From NCBI GenBank assembly GCA_021613535.1, contig CP075497.1, forward strand, positions 868,001-932,000: DNA of 64,000 bases. The letters are read 5' to 3'. Made by a program: the position numbers and the translations under genes. A model generated the notes under the pieces. It searched no databases. It saw only the letters and a list, made by a program, of their open reading frames with translations, and was not told the origin of the DNA. Numbering within the stretch: the first letter of the stretch is position 1; every line of letters begins with the position of its first letter. Positions 27,231-39,535 of this stretch are shown here, piece after piece. The stretch comes from Adineta vaga. Lineage: Eukaryota > Animalia > Rotifera.

Positions 27231-27866
27231 AATATCTGATCGCCAATTCAGCATTACGCCAATTGGCAAATATAATAATAAGAAATTATTTTGTTTATTG
27301 GTGAATGTCAGATCAGAGTACTAAACCAAATTTATTGAAAATGATATACATGGAGAATAATGTTGCCAGTATTTAGATCGGGTAACAATAATTATTTCAT
27401 GTGTGTCAACATGTAATTAAACATTAACATAAATTTCTTAGTCTTTGAGAAAGTTCGATGTATTACCTTATACTATTGAGAATACATGTTTTTGGACTAT
27501 AACAGACTGTCCTCTGTGTATATTTATTGTTTACTTAAGAATTATCTAACATCTAAAAGAATATGACTGATGACTATACACGGTTAAAGATAAATGTGAT
27601 TCTTCTTATCTTCTTTTGCATTCATTTATCTGATTATTGTCTAAATTTCTTGTCGTGATCCATCTATACATATGATTATGAATATATTCTCTTTCTTTCC
27701 TTCTATTTCTTTATCAATAAACTATTTATGTATGTATGAAGACAGCGAGTGAGATATATACAGAAAAAGGAATAAAGAAAGAGAAAGCGCAAGGAAAATA
27801 GAATATATGACTATATATATACACGTCGTGCATAAAAATTCTGATATTTAAATTTAAATTATCAGT

Positions 27867-29922
27867 ATGGTGAATACCGAGTCAAAATGTCGTTTACTTC
27901 GAAATGAAACAGCAGCTAAATCTGGACAAATAGTGAAATCATCTTCTTCAACAGAAAAAAGTAGTAAACGAAAACGAAAAAGAAATGATGAAATTAATGA
28001 TAACAATGAACATACATTAGCAAATTCTAGCACAACGGCTACTTCTTCTTTTACATTGCTAAAAATCGATCCTGTTGTTGTTGAATCAGTGCCTGTTTCA
28101 TATACATCAACAACATCACATGTTCATACAATAGAAATAGAAGACGATCAATGTAACAATGAAGCTGTACAATCTCTATCATCTCCACTACTTAGTCTTT
28201 CAGGAGTTCTTTCATTAGAAGTAGTTGATGATGATAATAATAAATATCTTGGAACATCATATTTAATAAATAATCCAAGTGATTCTGAAGGTGATAATTT
28301 CGATCATAATCTTCATTTACAGCAACAAATTTTAATCAATACTTTAAATCTTGAAGAAAATGAGCAAGTAGTACAGCCAGATGACACATATCCTGATGCA
28401 GTTGTATTACCATCGATATTAACACAAACATCGAATTCATGGCCAATTGAAAAGGATAAATTACAATGGATAACGACAAGAAAAAAACAGTACTGTTTAG
28501 TTATGGGCAATTTCAGTTATATTTATATGTCCAAATCAGAGGGGGAAAATATATTGAACCTTAGATGTCAACGACGTGATACAAAGTGTGGTGCAATTGT
28601 ACATTTAACTTTAGATACACATTCATTCACTGATACTAATGATGTTAACCACAACCATCCTCCAGATAAATTTAATATGAAACAAAAGATATTGAATCAA
28701 ATAATTGATCATAGACTTGCTGCTGAACCAACTGCTGTTCTGCGAGTAATTGAACGTATATATGCAGAAGCAAATTTGACTGATGAAGAACAATCAAACA
28801 AACATCTTCCTAGAACAGCAGGTAAATTTTCAACAGTTACATTTACTTATGACTAGCTATGCTTTTTAAATTAGATTCTAGCTAGTGCTTTTTATAGGAA
28901 ACGGTCACGTCGTTATCCTGCGCATCAAAAAACACAAGATTTTGATATTCCACATTATTACAGTATAAACAATCGTGCAGAAAATTTCGTAATTTATGAT
29001 GGAACAAAAGAAAAATTTGATGGACGATTATTGATGTACAGTACACCAAAATGATTATCTGCTTATTCAATTCCACTATCGTTCTTTGTGACGGAACGTT
29101 TAAAACTCGTCCATTGCTCTTTCAACAGGTTTATATTCTAATGGGCAAATTCTATGGCGAAGGTAAGTACGAGTCATATGACGGAGTTTTGCCATTTCAA
29201 GGTTCTTAAATGATTATTCGATCTTTGTCGGTTTCTCTCTTTTATTAATAATTCCTCTTGTATAGTGCTTAACGTCATCAAAAGCTCAGCCCGTATATGA
29301 TGCTATTTGCAAAAAGCTAATAGAGATTGCTAAAAACATGCAGATCGAATGGAAACTAGAACAATATGTGATGGATTTCGAACGAGCGATGATTAATTCA
29401 TCTCATGAAGCAGTAATCATATATAAGTCGAATGTTTTTCGTTAAGTTTATTTTATTTTTATTTCAAGTTTCCAAATGTTGATGTTAAATATTGTTGGTA
29501 TCATTTCGTTCAAGCTCTATGGAGAAAGATCCAAAGTATTGAACTCACAATTCCGTATGAGACTGATCCATTGATTAATTCATGGTTCAAACAATTCCTT
29601 CAACTGATCAAAGATATAATAAATTCTTGAAAATTTTTCAAAAGAAATACATGGAACGTACTTCGATGGATTTATGGCATCATGGCAACAATGACATGAA
29701 AACCAACAACTCCCTTGAGGGTAATCGTTTCATATACCTCTATACCTTCATTTGTATTTCTCTAATTTCTTTAGGATACAATTTTCGGCTATTAACACGA
29801 TTTGGATTACATCCATCGATTTGGGGCTTTTTGCACTTGTTAAAGGATGAAGAAAGTTTAGCATCACACAGAATCACCCATTTAGGAGGGGGAAATAGAA
29901 CTACTTCAAGTACATTGGTTTA
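27867..29922 (+). mobile_element. MULE transposase pseudogene (FLYWCH + MULE domain), with introns and frameshifts, 3'-truncated
   Basis: C..C..HNH FLYWCH-like motif; CDGTFK, MDFERAM, CWYHFVQALWRK, TNNSLEG. Confidence 0.85.
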
Positions 29923-29972
29923 TTGAGGGTGGGTGTGGGTTAAAGTGATGAGGAGACACCCACATCCACCAC
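29923..29972. repeat. telomeric-repeat hairpin element
   Basis: TTGAGGGTGGGTGTGGGT-TAAAGTGATGAGGAGA-CACCCACATCCACCAC. Confidence 0.85.
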
Positions 29973-30136
29973 TTTCCATTGATAAAAGTATTGTTGCAAC
30001 ATATTACAATATTGGCAAGTTGTTTCATAAGCAAGCAAAATTCAATCAAGCACTAGATATTTATAGGAAAGTATTCATCAAATTGAAGAAGATATCCTCA
30101 CTTTCAAAAAAAATATCGATAAATAAATCTTTATGA
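29973..30136 (+). pseudogene. orphan TPR 3' fragment
   Basis: SIVATYYNIGKLFHKQAKFNQALDIYRKV is a TPR consensus; no 5' part present. Confidence 0.6.
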
Positions 30137-30258
30137 AAATCTCTTTTTCTCTATCATTTATGAGGTTTTGTTTATCGATTGATATAAATCATTTTGTTAA
30201 ATTATTAGAAATACAAAGAATACATCTATTGTTAAATTTCTTTGAAAATTTAGTCTAT

Positions 30259-33200
30259 TTAATTCCACACTGCATGAAATTCATATTGACCTGAACCAAC
30301 ATGTACACTCAATAAATTTGTTGTTAAATCTTTTTCAATTTGAAATTCTTGATTATTTGCAATAGTAACACCTGATGACCATATTATTTTGTTACCTTCA
30401 ATCAATGTTTTGCATTGTGCACCAGGAAATAATGGTTCAAACATAATACGAGCTTGTGCATTTGGTGGTATTGTAACACGAAGTAAAATGGAATTAGCAA
30501 TTGTATCACGTTCATCACGAGTATATGAAACATGTACAAGACCATATAATGTACTTAATTGACAATCTAATTTTTTCATCAAATGTTTTTTAGCTTCAGA
30601 AGCCATTCGTGGTCGAATAATGATTGCATCTGATGTAAAATCAATACCAGCTAAATGAGTATAAAACCATGTACCAACAGTAGAATACATATGATGATTA
30701 CGTGAATTCATGCCTGGTCCTGTAAGTGGAGCATTCCATAATTCCCAAATAGTGGTGGCATTTTCATAAGGATTGTTAAACATATAACCGTAAGATGGAT
30801 ATGTTATTGATGTAACTACTTCAAGTGCTAAATCATGATATCCATTATCAGATAAAACAGGATAGATTTGAGCATTAGAGACAATGCCTGTTGTTACATG
30901 ATTTCCTTGTTTGCTAATATCTGTGACGAGATTATCGACAACAACACCACGTACATTAGGTGGTACAACACCAGGTAATGCCAAAGCTAAGACTTGAGCT
31001 GCTTGCATTCCATCAGCATAAGTGTTTGTTGCATTATTAAAAAAGACACGATGAAATTCTTGGGTAAGTTGTTCATAAAATGCTGAATATATGGCAGTAT
31101 CACTCGTTTTTCTCAACACTTGAGACATATTTAATAGAATATTAACATCATGAAGAAAAGCAAATGATGATATAAGAGCTCTATTAGTTTGACCAAATGG
31201 TGGTGGTGGAACCCAATCACCATATTTGCAGAATAAATTAACAAGACCAGTTTGATTATATCCCTTACGAATATATTCTACGTAAGCACGAACATTGTCA
31301 TAATAAGGTTCGAGAAGTGATGAGTCATTCGTATGTCGATAAACTTGCCAAGCTATTGTTGGTAATGCAGTTCCCCAATTTGGATCGGGATTATAACTGG
31401 ATCCAGGTACGAAATCTGGAACTTGTCCATCGGGTAATTGAACATCACAGATTAAATTAAGAAAATTTAGATAAAATTTGACTAAATCAAAATTATATAA
31501 GGCTTCATTGACTGTTAGTGCTGCATCTCCCATCCATCCTCGACGTTCATTACGTTGTGGACTAAAACAATAGAATTCAGAAGAAAAATATTCTATCAAT
31601 CAAACTTACCAATCAGTAGGTAAAGACATTGAGTTACTTAATTGACCCCATTGAACATTATGTTGAATTTGATTAATAATGGGATTGCTCGAAGTGAAAT
31701 TACCTTTTAATGTTGTTTCACTATGTACGAAAGGACATTCAACATCATCGAGAGCCAATGGATTGGGTGAACCATATACAGATATATAACGAAAACCATG
31801 ATAAGTAAAACTAAAGAAAATACCAACTGAAATGAAAACAAATACTAAAGAAATGTCATACGTTGGTTCATAAATTTCAAAAACTGGATCACCATGAAGA
31901 ATGTAAGTGTCCGATGCAACAGCTTCACGAAGATTTTCTGTGTAAATATTTTTAGTAGGTTGACTAAAATTAAATTATGATCATACAAGATCGAAAAATA
32001 AATCATTGATTACTTATTTCCAACAGTTCCTTGAACTAATGATTCTCCGTGACGTATATATGTACCATAACCTGGTGGACCAAGAAATCGTAAACGACAC
32101 CATCCAGCAATATTCTGACCAAGATCAAATGTATGAACACCTGTAAACTATTTATTAGATCTTCTTTCAAACAATAGAAAACATACCCGATTCTGAACTC
32201 CAAGAAGAAACAGGTTGAATTACAACACCAGCAGTTAATGAAGCACCTTTTATTTCGCCTATATCTTCCGTAGTTAAATAATTGTGTTGTTGATTATCAT
32301 TAGTTACTTCAAAATGTAATGCATCCTCTCCCGCTCGAATTGGTGGCATGTCTTGAAGTACAAGTAAACCGGAATCACCGGCCGGTGATGATAATGACTC
32401 AGGAGTAATCCAAGCTGATAAAGAGTCATTGAATCCAGCTTGAGACCAACCAGCACGATTACTTCGACTATCGCAGAATTCTCCATTATAAACACTATCA
32501 TGTTTGATTGATCCTTCACGACCTGTCCATGTCAAATCACTGAGAACTCGCATGTCATCGCCATTTTGAAACGTAACAAACAATGTAAAAACAAGACGAG
32601 GTGGACCTGAAATTCAGAAACAATGTTTGTGCAAGAAAAAAAGGAAAGTTTTATTCACCATTGCCTCCTTGTTCATGGGCATACCAACCATTGCCTAATT
32701 TCACACCCACGGCATTCATACCAGTCTATACAGATAATAATCACTCGTCTTATCGATTAAAAATAAAAATCTCTCACCGTGATATTGGCTGTCACATCAT
32801 ATGAAGCGAGTAAAGTACGTTTCTCATAGGTTGTCCAACCAGGATCAAGTTTACGACTTGGATCAACATTTTTTCCATTCAAATAAAATTCATAATAACC
32901 GACACCAGTCATATAAACAATTGCTGATTTGACAGGACTAGTATTTGGAACATTAAATTCTTTTCGTAATTCATTCATGTTAATTTTTGTTGAGCCAATC
33001 CAAGTAAGATTAGCATTCTGCGTTATATAATTATGTAAATTAAATATAGGTGTTCGAAATTGAATCCATTTAGTCCATTCACTTGCTTCTGCGGAATTTG
33101 TTGTCCATACTCGTATACGAAGCCGATAATATGTTGATGGAAGAAGATCAGCTTGACCTGTGTATTGAACATGAGTTGACTGTGATGAAGCAACACGTTC

Positions 33201-33476
33201 AGAGTTCCATCGATACAAAGTATCTCGATCAGTTAATTTAATTGATTCTAATTGAATTTGATATGCAATTTGTTGAATATTTCGTTGTTGTGAAATATTG
33301 TCAGAAAAAGGAATTTTCCATGAAAATCCAGGTCTTGGTGTATTTATAATTAAATCACGAGTAGTATCAACTTTATGATGATCTATACGAACATCGAATG
33401 GGGCTAATGAACGACCATCAACAACTGACCAAACAAAAATAATAAGAGTGACGCAGTAATGTAGACAGAGCATCAT
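30259..33476 (-). CDS. alpha-L-rhamnosidase, GH78, secreted; six introns (32726-32777, 32607-32658, 32141-32186, 31964-32013, 31811-31861, 31562-31609)
   Basis: LDPGWTTYEKR, FDLGQNIAGW, YHGFRY, PTDCPQRNERRGWMGD, YGDW, ATTIWELW, SRNHHM motifs; 46-52 bp GT-AG introns. Confidence 0.9.
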
Positions 33477-34295
33477 TATACTCTGTAGTAGAGAATAAAA
33501 TATAAGAATGAAATGAGACCTTGCTTTGGTGTCGTACTTTTATATATTCACATCTATCTTATCGGTAACCTCATTGTTTACTCGTCCTTTTTTTAAAGAA
33601 ATAAGCAAAGTGCGCACGAAGTAAAAAGTACAACTAACGTTCTTTAAATATCGTGTCACTAAAAATATAAAAGATATTCAACTATCAGAGTTCTAACTTC
33701 AAATCTCTACGGATGCGATGAGTGAAAATTATTACAAAGACATTGAACTATTTCGCTGTAAATAATAAATAATGGGTATTGTGTAGTAGTTTTCTCTTTT
33801 CACACTTCTTTTGTTCGCATATCTTTGTTTGCTTGAGAAGTGAGAAGGACAAAAAAAAGGCAGGAGAGATTATATGTAATTGATAGTTTTCTCTTTGAGA
33901 AAGAGATAACCAAGGGGGGAAAAGAGGATCCTGGATACCAATAGATCCTGTGGATCCGCAAATATTCTTGAGGATCCTTGTAGGTTCGAGAAAAACTTTA
34001 CAAGTATCATCAACGTCAATAATACTTTACTTTTTAATTTCTTTTCTTTTTTTCGACGACTCATATAACGAAGCCATTTGACTTGATCTATGAACTGTTC
34101 TATAATTATCTTTATTGTATTCGTCTTCATTTAGCAAGGTTCTGTGTAGAATGCAACTGAATCATAATCGATTAAAATACGTTTATAAATTTAAAAGAGA
34201 CCATATAATTGAATTGTAAATTATTGTGATAATAAACATAAGACTCTTACCCTCTTTATCTCGGATCGAGAAGAAAGCAACTTGTATCTACAACG

Positions 34296-36360
34296 ATGAC
34301 AATCGATTTAAATAATTTACCGGATGAAATCATTTTTCTTGCAATGATTAATTTTATGAATTTGTCAAAACTTGTCTAGGTCATGATGAAATGTTATTAC
34401 TTCAAATACAATCTATTAAAAACATTCGAACATTACTTAATGCTCCAGATGTTTTAGCTGTAATTAATATCAAATGTAAAGAACTCACCAATATCAAGAA
34501 TCGTATATGTTTTATTAACGAAAATAACAACAATCAATTTGTTGTAAAAGCAGGAATTAAAGGTGGTATTGATGATTTAATAGCTGCTCTTAAAGAAAAG
34601 AACAAAACGTTTAAAAGCATTAGCGTATTCTTCGAAGAATCATACTTCAACAGCTTCATCTATGTTGAATTCATCAAATCTAAATTCTTCTATTTCAGCA
34701 ATGACACCAACCACAGCTAATTCAACAGCAAACACAAATTCTATTGATTTGACATTAACACTATCAGCAAACATCACAACATTAAATTCAGGTTGAAATG
34801 ATTCAACATTAGTACCAACAACAGATGTAACAACATCAAGTTTAGATTCTACGACCTCATTACTAACACCAACAAATAGTTACTACAGCGTCACAATAGT
34901 TGTCGATCAATGATTATGTAGATTTAATTTCTACTAGTATTGAAAAATTTTCATTGAGTACATTTACAAATCTTGTTTTACGAAACAAACATGATTACAC
35001 GGTATCCTTAGCTGTCTTGGATAAAGATATCGATGGATATATTAAATGTCGATCGAACACAAATACATTTCAATTATCCTCATTTTTCAAACATGTGAAG
35101 AATAGCTGTTGCGTTATGAAGAAAAAGCAACAAACGAAAACGACTTCAAAAGAAATGAACGCTTCATTGAGTAAGTTTTCAGAAAATAATGACTATGATA
35201 ATAATCGAGAAGATGTTGACGATGATGAAAACGCGATAAATTTAACAAATCAAAATGATAGTTATCGAATGGAAACTGACAATTCGGTTTCACAAAAATC
35301 AGATACTGTTCGAAAAAAACGATCTTTGTCAAATTCAACATCATCAAGAATTACAAAAAATCAAAAACATGACAATATGTGAATTATTTTCATTCAATAC
35401 TTATTTATATTATTTATTCTTATGCATTAGTCAATTAGTTATAATTTATAAAATATATGAACTTATTTTTTGTTTGTAAACTTTCATGTTTTGTTTTGGA
35501 TGTAAATTAAACTTAGTTTTATGTTTTTTTCTACTTTGATGTACATTGAATTATTTTGAATAAAATTATGATTAGGTTTTGGATACATTTCTACATCTTG
35601 GATAACCTGCTGTTAGTTTAGTTATTTTGATAAATAACATTTGATTTTTGAAAACGTTTTTCAGCATTTTTCCATTGTGGATAATAATAAAGATTCATTA
35701 TCGTTCTTCAACGTCATTTCATCACTTTCGGATGATGCCTTTTATGATTTTGTTAAAGATACAACAAATCAAAAACGCTCGGATTTTATTGCGAGTACCA
35801 GATGCCTTTTCGTTTTTTAATATTAATAACAAAGAAATAAATAGTTTAAAAGAACGAACTTGTTTTGTTGATGAAAATAAACAACACATTGTAAAGACAG
35901 GAATTCGAACAAATATTCAATTGTTTATTGAATAATTGAAGAAAAATGACGAATTAAAATCAGGTATGATTCATTTGATTTTAGTTCTAATGGTAACATA
36001 TATATATATATATCTGTATTATAGTTCATGAAAAAAATGATCTTATGAACAACTCTAGCAATTTTATTACAGAGAAAAGTGAACCAAATGAATTAAAATC
36101 ATTTTCACAAATATTTATCGATAACTTCTTGAAGAATATGAACAGATCTAGCAGCAATTATAAATTTGACGAGATTGTTAATAAATTTGCTTCAGCATTA
36201 CATATATTATCAGGACATAATGCTTACGAATTTGTTTGCATAAATTTACCTGGTGCTTTGCCTTCGATTACTACATTAAAAAAGTAAAATGAAAACATTA
36301 ATTTACATTTATATGAATGCGATTTTCGATTCGATTGAGTCGATGCTAATTATGTATTTT
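34296..36360 (+). mobile_element. degenerate transposon-associated ORFs plus a P-element/THAP9-like transposase N-terminal fragment
   Basis: Two related fragments (LQIQSIKNIRTLLNAPD at 34391; LKIQQIKNARILLRVPD at ~35750). FASALHILSGHNAYEF..NLPGALPSITTL resembles the P/THAP9 motif. Many stops. Confidence 0.5.
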
Positions 36361-36699
36361 CGGTAAGCATTTGACAAAAAATTCAAGAACGAAGAGATTG
36401 AATTGAATCTTGTGGAAATTCAGGAAATGCAGAGTCTATATATCAGGCGATATGGATTCTTGAAAACGAATACATTATCTGACATTAAAGAGAATTGATC
36501 GAAGGGAGAAGCAAATATATATAAGTATGTAAAACAGCCATGATTTCGATGCACATAGATGTATCGTTAGTAGATTCCTATGAATAATACGTTCTTTCAG
36601 TGTTGATTATTGGGTGCTCAAAAAACTTCTAAAAGATTTGTTGAGTCCATTAACAAGTTGTAGTTTTCATCATAGTTTATCAGAAGTCTTTTTGTGTAC

Positions 36700-36800
36700 T
36701 CAAAAAGTGAGTATACTACTAGAATCGGTCAGTATGTCCGTCCGTTTACACGATAACTCTTCAAAAACATAAGCGAGTGAGCTGAAATTTTGTACACAGC
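36700..36800. mobile_element. DINE-1/HINE-like end fragment truncated at a hairpin
   Basis: GTCCGTCCG microsatellite, ACGATAACTC, CTGAAATTTTG motifs. Confidence 0.4.
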
Positions 36801-36801
36801 A

Positions 36802-36852
36802 TTAGGGTGGGTGTGGGCGTGGGTGTGAGTGATCTTTGTGAAGTTTCACCCA
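36802..36852. repeat. telomeric-repeat hairpin element
   Basis: TTAGGGTGGGTGTGGGCGTGGGTGTGAGTG...TTCACCCA. Confidence 0.75.
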
Positions 36853-38583
36853 GGTGGTTTCGTGGGTTATAGTGCTTACTTAGGTCTAGAAAATAGGTCA
36901 CAATGTGATCGGCATCATCAGGGTGAGTGTGAGGAATCAGTAAAAAAACTTCACACGCTTATATTTATCCTTGCTTTGCACTTTGTCCTTATGCTGTATT
37001 CTATTCTTATAATCCTTTGTTCTTTTCTCTTTCGAAAGGGTATATAAGTGACTATTTTGTGTGAGAACGATACGATATATGATAAGAAGAAATATAGGGA
37101 AGCGTAGCTCCATCAGCGCTAAAGCCTCTTTTATCAAAAATCATCATAATGCGGGTCAACTGAGAGACCTTGGTGACTTTCAGCTAAGTCTTCTTTGAAT
37201 TTGAAGGCCTCAGATGAACATAATCCAGGCATCAACAATATGCTATCGAGAACAGATTTAGAATCTTGTACTTTGTCAAGTGTAAGGAAAAAGTGAGCGC
37301 ATAACTAGAATCAATCGATGTGCCCGTCTATCGGTTCGTTTACTTGATAACTCCCGAAAGGCTAATCCGATTATGATGAAATTTTCTAGAGTCTTGTTTC
37401 ATCAATATCTCGCTGTAGTTCGAAGATGAGCCTGATTGGGTGAGTCGATGCTGAGTTATTGGAAAAATACTGATATTTCCTTATATCATCTATCTAATAC
37501 ACTTTTTGTAGTACACATAACTTTCGGATAAAATCCGAAGTTTCCGCATTTTTATAGATTATTGTGGTTCATCAATAAATTATATAAGAATAAAGTGATT
37601 CATCTAAAGAATCTGGCAGAAAAATACCAATTTTACGTTTTACTGCTGAATAAATATAGCAATCAAAGATCTATTTGGAGAAAAAAATCGGCGCAAATAA
37701 TAATAACGGGACAAAGTAACTGGTGGTCGATCAAATGCGATGAGTTATATTTTCAACGATATAAGAAAGTTGGGAGCACGTTTACAGTGAAACTTGAATA
37801 TTTTCATCTAGGAAAACAAAGAAATCCACGTTCTCTATTCACTATGATTATTTAAAATATTATGAATATATATTACGTCCAAAGCATCTGAAAAGTTCTT
37901 CAGCACAAGCGAACTCATGCTAGTGGTTGCTTGATTTATCGTTATTCGTTTCGTGTGAGTTATCTTGTGGAATACATGTTATACATAGAAGAGACAGAGA
38001 GAGAGCGATTACAGGATTTTTTAGGAATGCGCATTCCTAGAATTTCGCATTCGAATTATCAATTTGAACTAACTGAATTACCCTTTCAGCAAGTTTTACA
38101 CAGAAGACCTTGCTTTATTGTAACTTTATTTTACCATTAACCAGAGAGATGAGTACACACAAGAAAGTAAATAGTTTATTCTTCCAAGATTCTTTTCTAC
38201 GAGAACGAGAATAAGTAAAAATAAGTCTATTCCTATTTATGTCTATTCTATATCTTATTCGTAGGATAAGTGTATCTATTTATTTTATAAGTCGTATATG
38301 ACTGTTGCGAGTCCATTTACATTATAATTTGAATTAGGCAACTCCTGTTTTTTTTATTGTATTTAAAAAGTTGCACAGCCTAACGTAGTTTATAAAAGCA
38401 CATGCAACGTTTCTCTCTTTCTTCGCAGATAACAAAACATGCCAGTCGTATACAAGGAAGAGATGAGCAAATAGTAGATAACGAATAGTATATAAATTTG
38501 TGAGTAGATCTCACATTGTCAAGTTAACTTCTCCAAAAATTTCACTTATTATGGCGTCAAATTTGGGTTTGAGATGAAAAAAT

Positions 38584-38853
38584 ATGGACTTGAACGATAC
38601 AACTACTTCTTTTAATCCAAATTATATCTATCGAATGTATTGTGAAGGTTGGCTGATGGCTACCACAATTACCTCAACAGTTTTATATTTTCATCCAAGC
38701 ACTTCTGGCAAATACTATGGCTGTGTGCATTATAGTCACAAGTCAGAGTGGGATTATCGAATCGAAGGAGATTGCGCTAAACGTCCCCCATCATATCCGA
38801 TCTATGTCGCTCCAGTCGAAAAATTACAATATATTGTGGTTGAAAGTGATTAG
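38584..38853 (+). CDS. small hypothetical protein (89 aa)
   Basis: ATG-started ORF with natural amino-acid composition, TATAAA at ~38490, followed by a hairpin; no family recognised. Confidence 0.45.
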   Translation: MDLNDTTTSFNPNYIYRMYCEGWLMATTITSTVLYFHPSTSGKYYGCVHYSHKSEWDYRIEGDCAKRPPSYPIYVAPVEKLQYIVVESD

Positions 38854-38992
38854 TCGGACAATCCTTGACATGCACATTATTTGTTATACTTTTATACTCA
38901 TAAGGAAGGTATATGTATTGATAAGCGAAAAGATAGAATATTTTTATATCAAATAAAAGATCTCGTTGAGAAACTAACACGTTTTAATATCC

Positions 38993-39046
38993 TAAGGATA
39001 TGAGTGTGGGTGATTAAAGGAAAAGCACACTCATCCACATTCTCAA
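38993..39046. repeat. telomeric-repeat hairpin element
   Basis: TAAGGATATGAGTGTGGGTG-ATTAAAGGAAAAG-CACACTCATCCACATTCTCAA. Confidence 0.75.
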
Positions 39047-39195
39047 CATGGTAACTAAACTTTCTACTGTGAATTTAATAATATTTCATTATATATTAAT
39101 TTTTAATTCGATATATAATTGAATAAAATCTTGTGATTTTATCATAAAAAAAATTTATATCATTTGAAAAGTGCTTTAGTCCGGATGAAACGCGT

Positions 39196-39228
39196 CATGG
39201 TAGCTAATCTCATCCTCACACCCTCAAG
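39196..39228. repeat. solo right arm matching the 46034-46441 foldback terminus
   Basis: CATGGTAGCTAATCTCATCCTCACACCCTCAAG versus CATGGTAGCTATTCTCATCCTCATCCTCAAG. Confidence 0.75.
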
Positions 39229-39416
39229 GAGGAATTGAAAAGACACGACAGCAATGCATTCAAGTGCTTTCTCGATTATTTGTGCAATAATTTCTTAGAA
39301 AAACAAATATAAAAAGCAAACAAGCATTTAGTTGGAAAAACCAAAAACTTAGTGCAACAACTATGACTCTGCCTTCTTTTTCGAATATCTGAATCATTAC
39401 AAAACTTGACGAAAGG

Positions 39417-39535
39417 TCAAGGGTGTGAGTGTGAGTGTGAGCAATGGATGAGAAGAATACCCCACACACACACCCACACCCACCCCCACCCCCACCCCCA
39501 CCCACCCCCACCCCCACCCACACCCACACCCTTAA
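39417..39535. repeat. telomeric-repeat hairpin element with expanded C-rich arm
   Basis: TCAAGGGTGTGAGTGTGAGTGTGAG-CAATGGATGAGAAGAATA-(CCCACA/CCCCCA)n-CCCTTAA. Confidence 0.9.

Noticed and set aside
26631-27269. Cellular PIF1 helicase serving the telomeric hairpins
   Set aside because: Only a C-terminal fragment, of Helitron type, with a Helitron CTAG 3' end.
39260-39529. Gly/Val-rich ORF (also 25584-25799, 17847-18131)
   Set aside because: Translation of telomeric hexamer arms, not genes.
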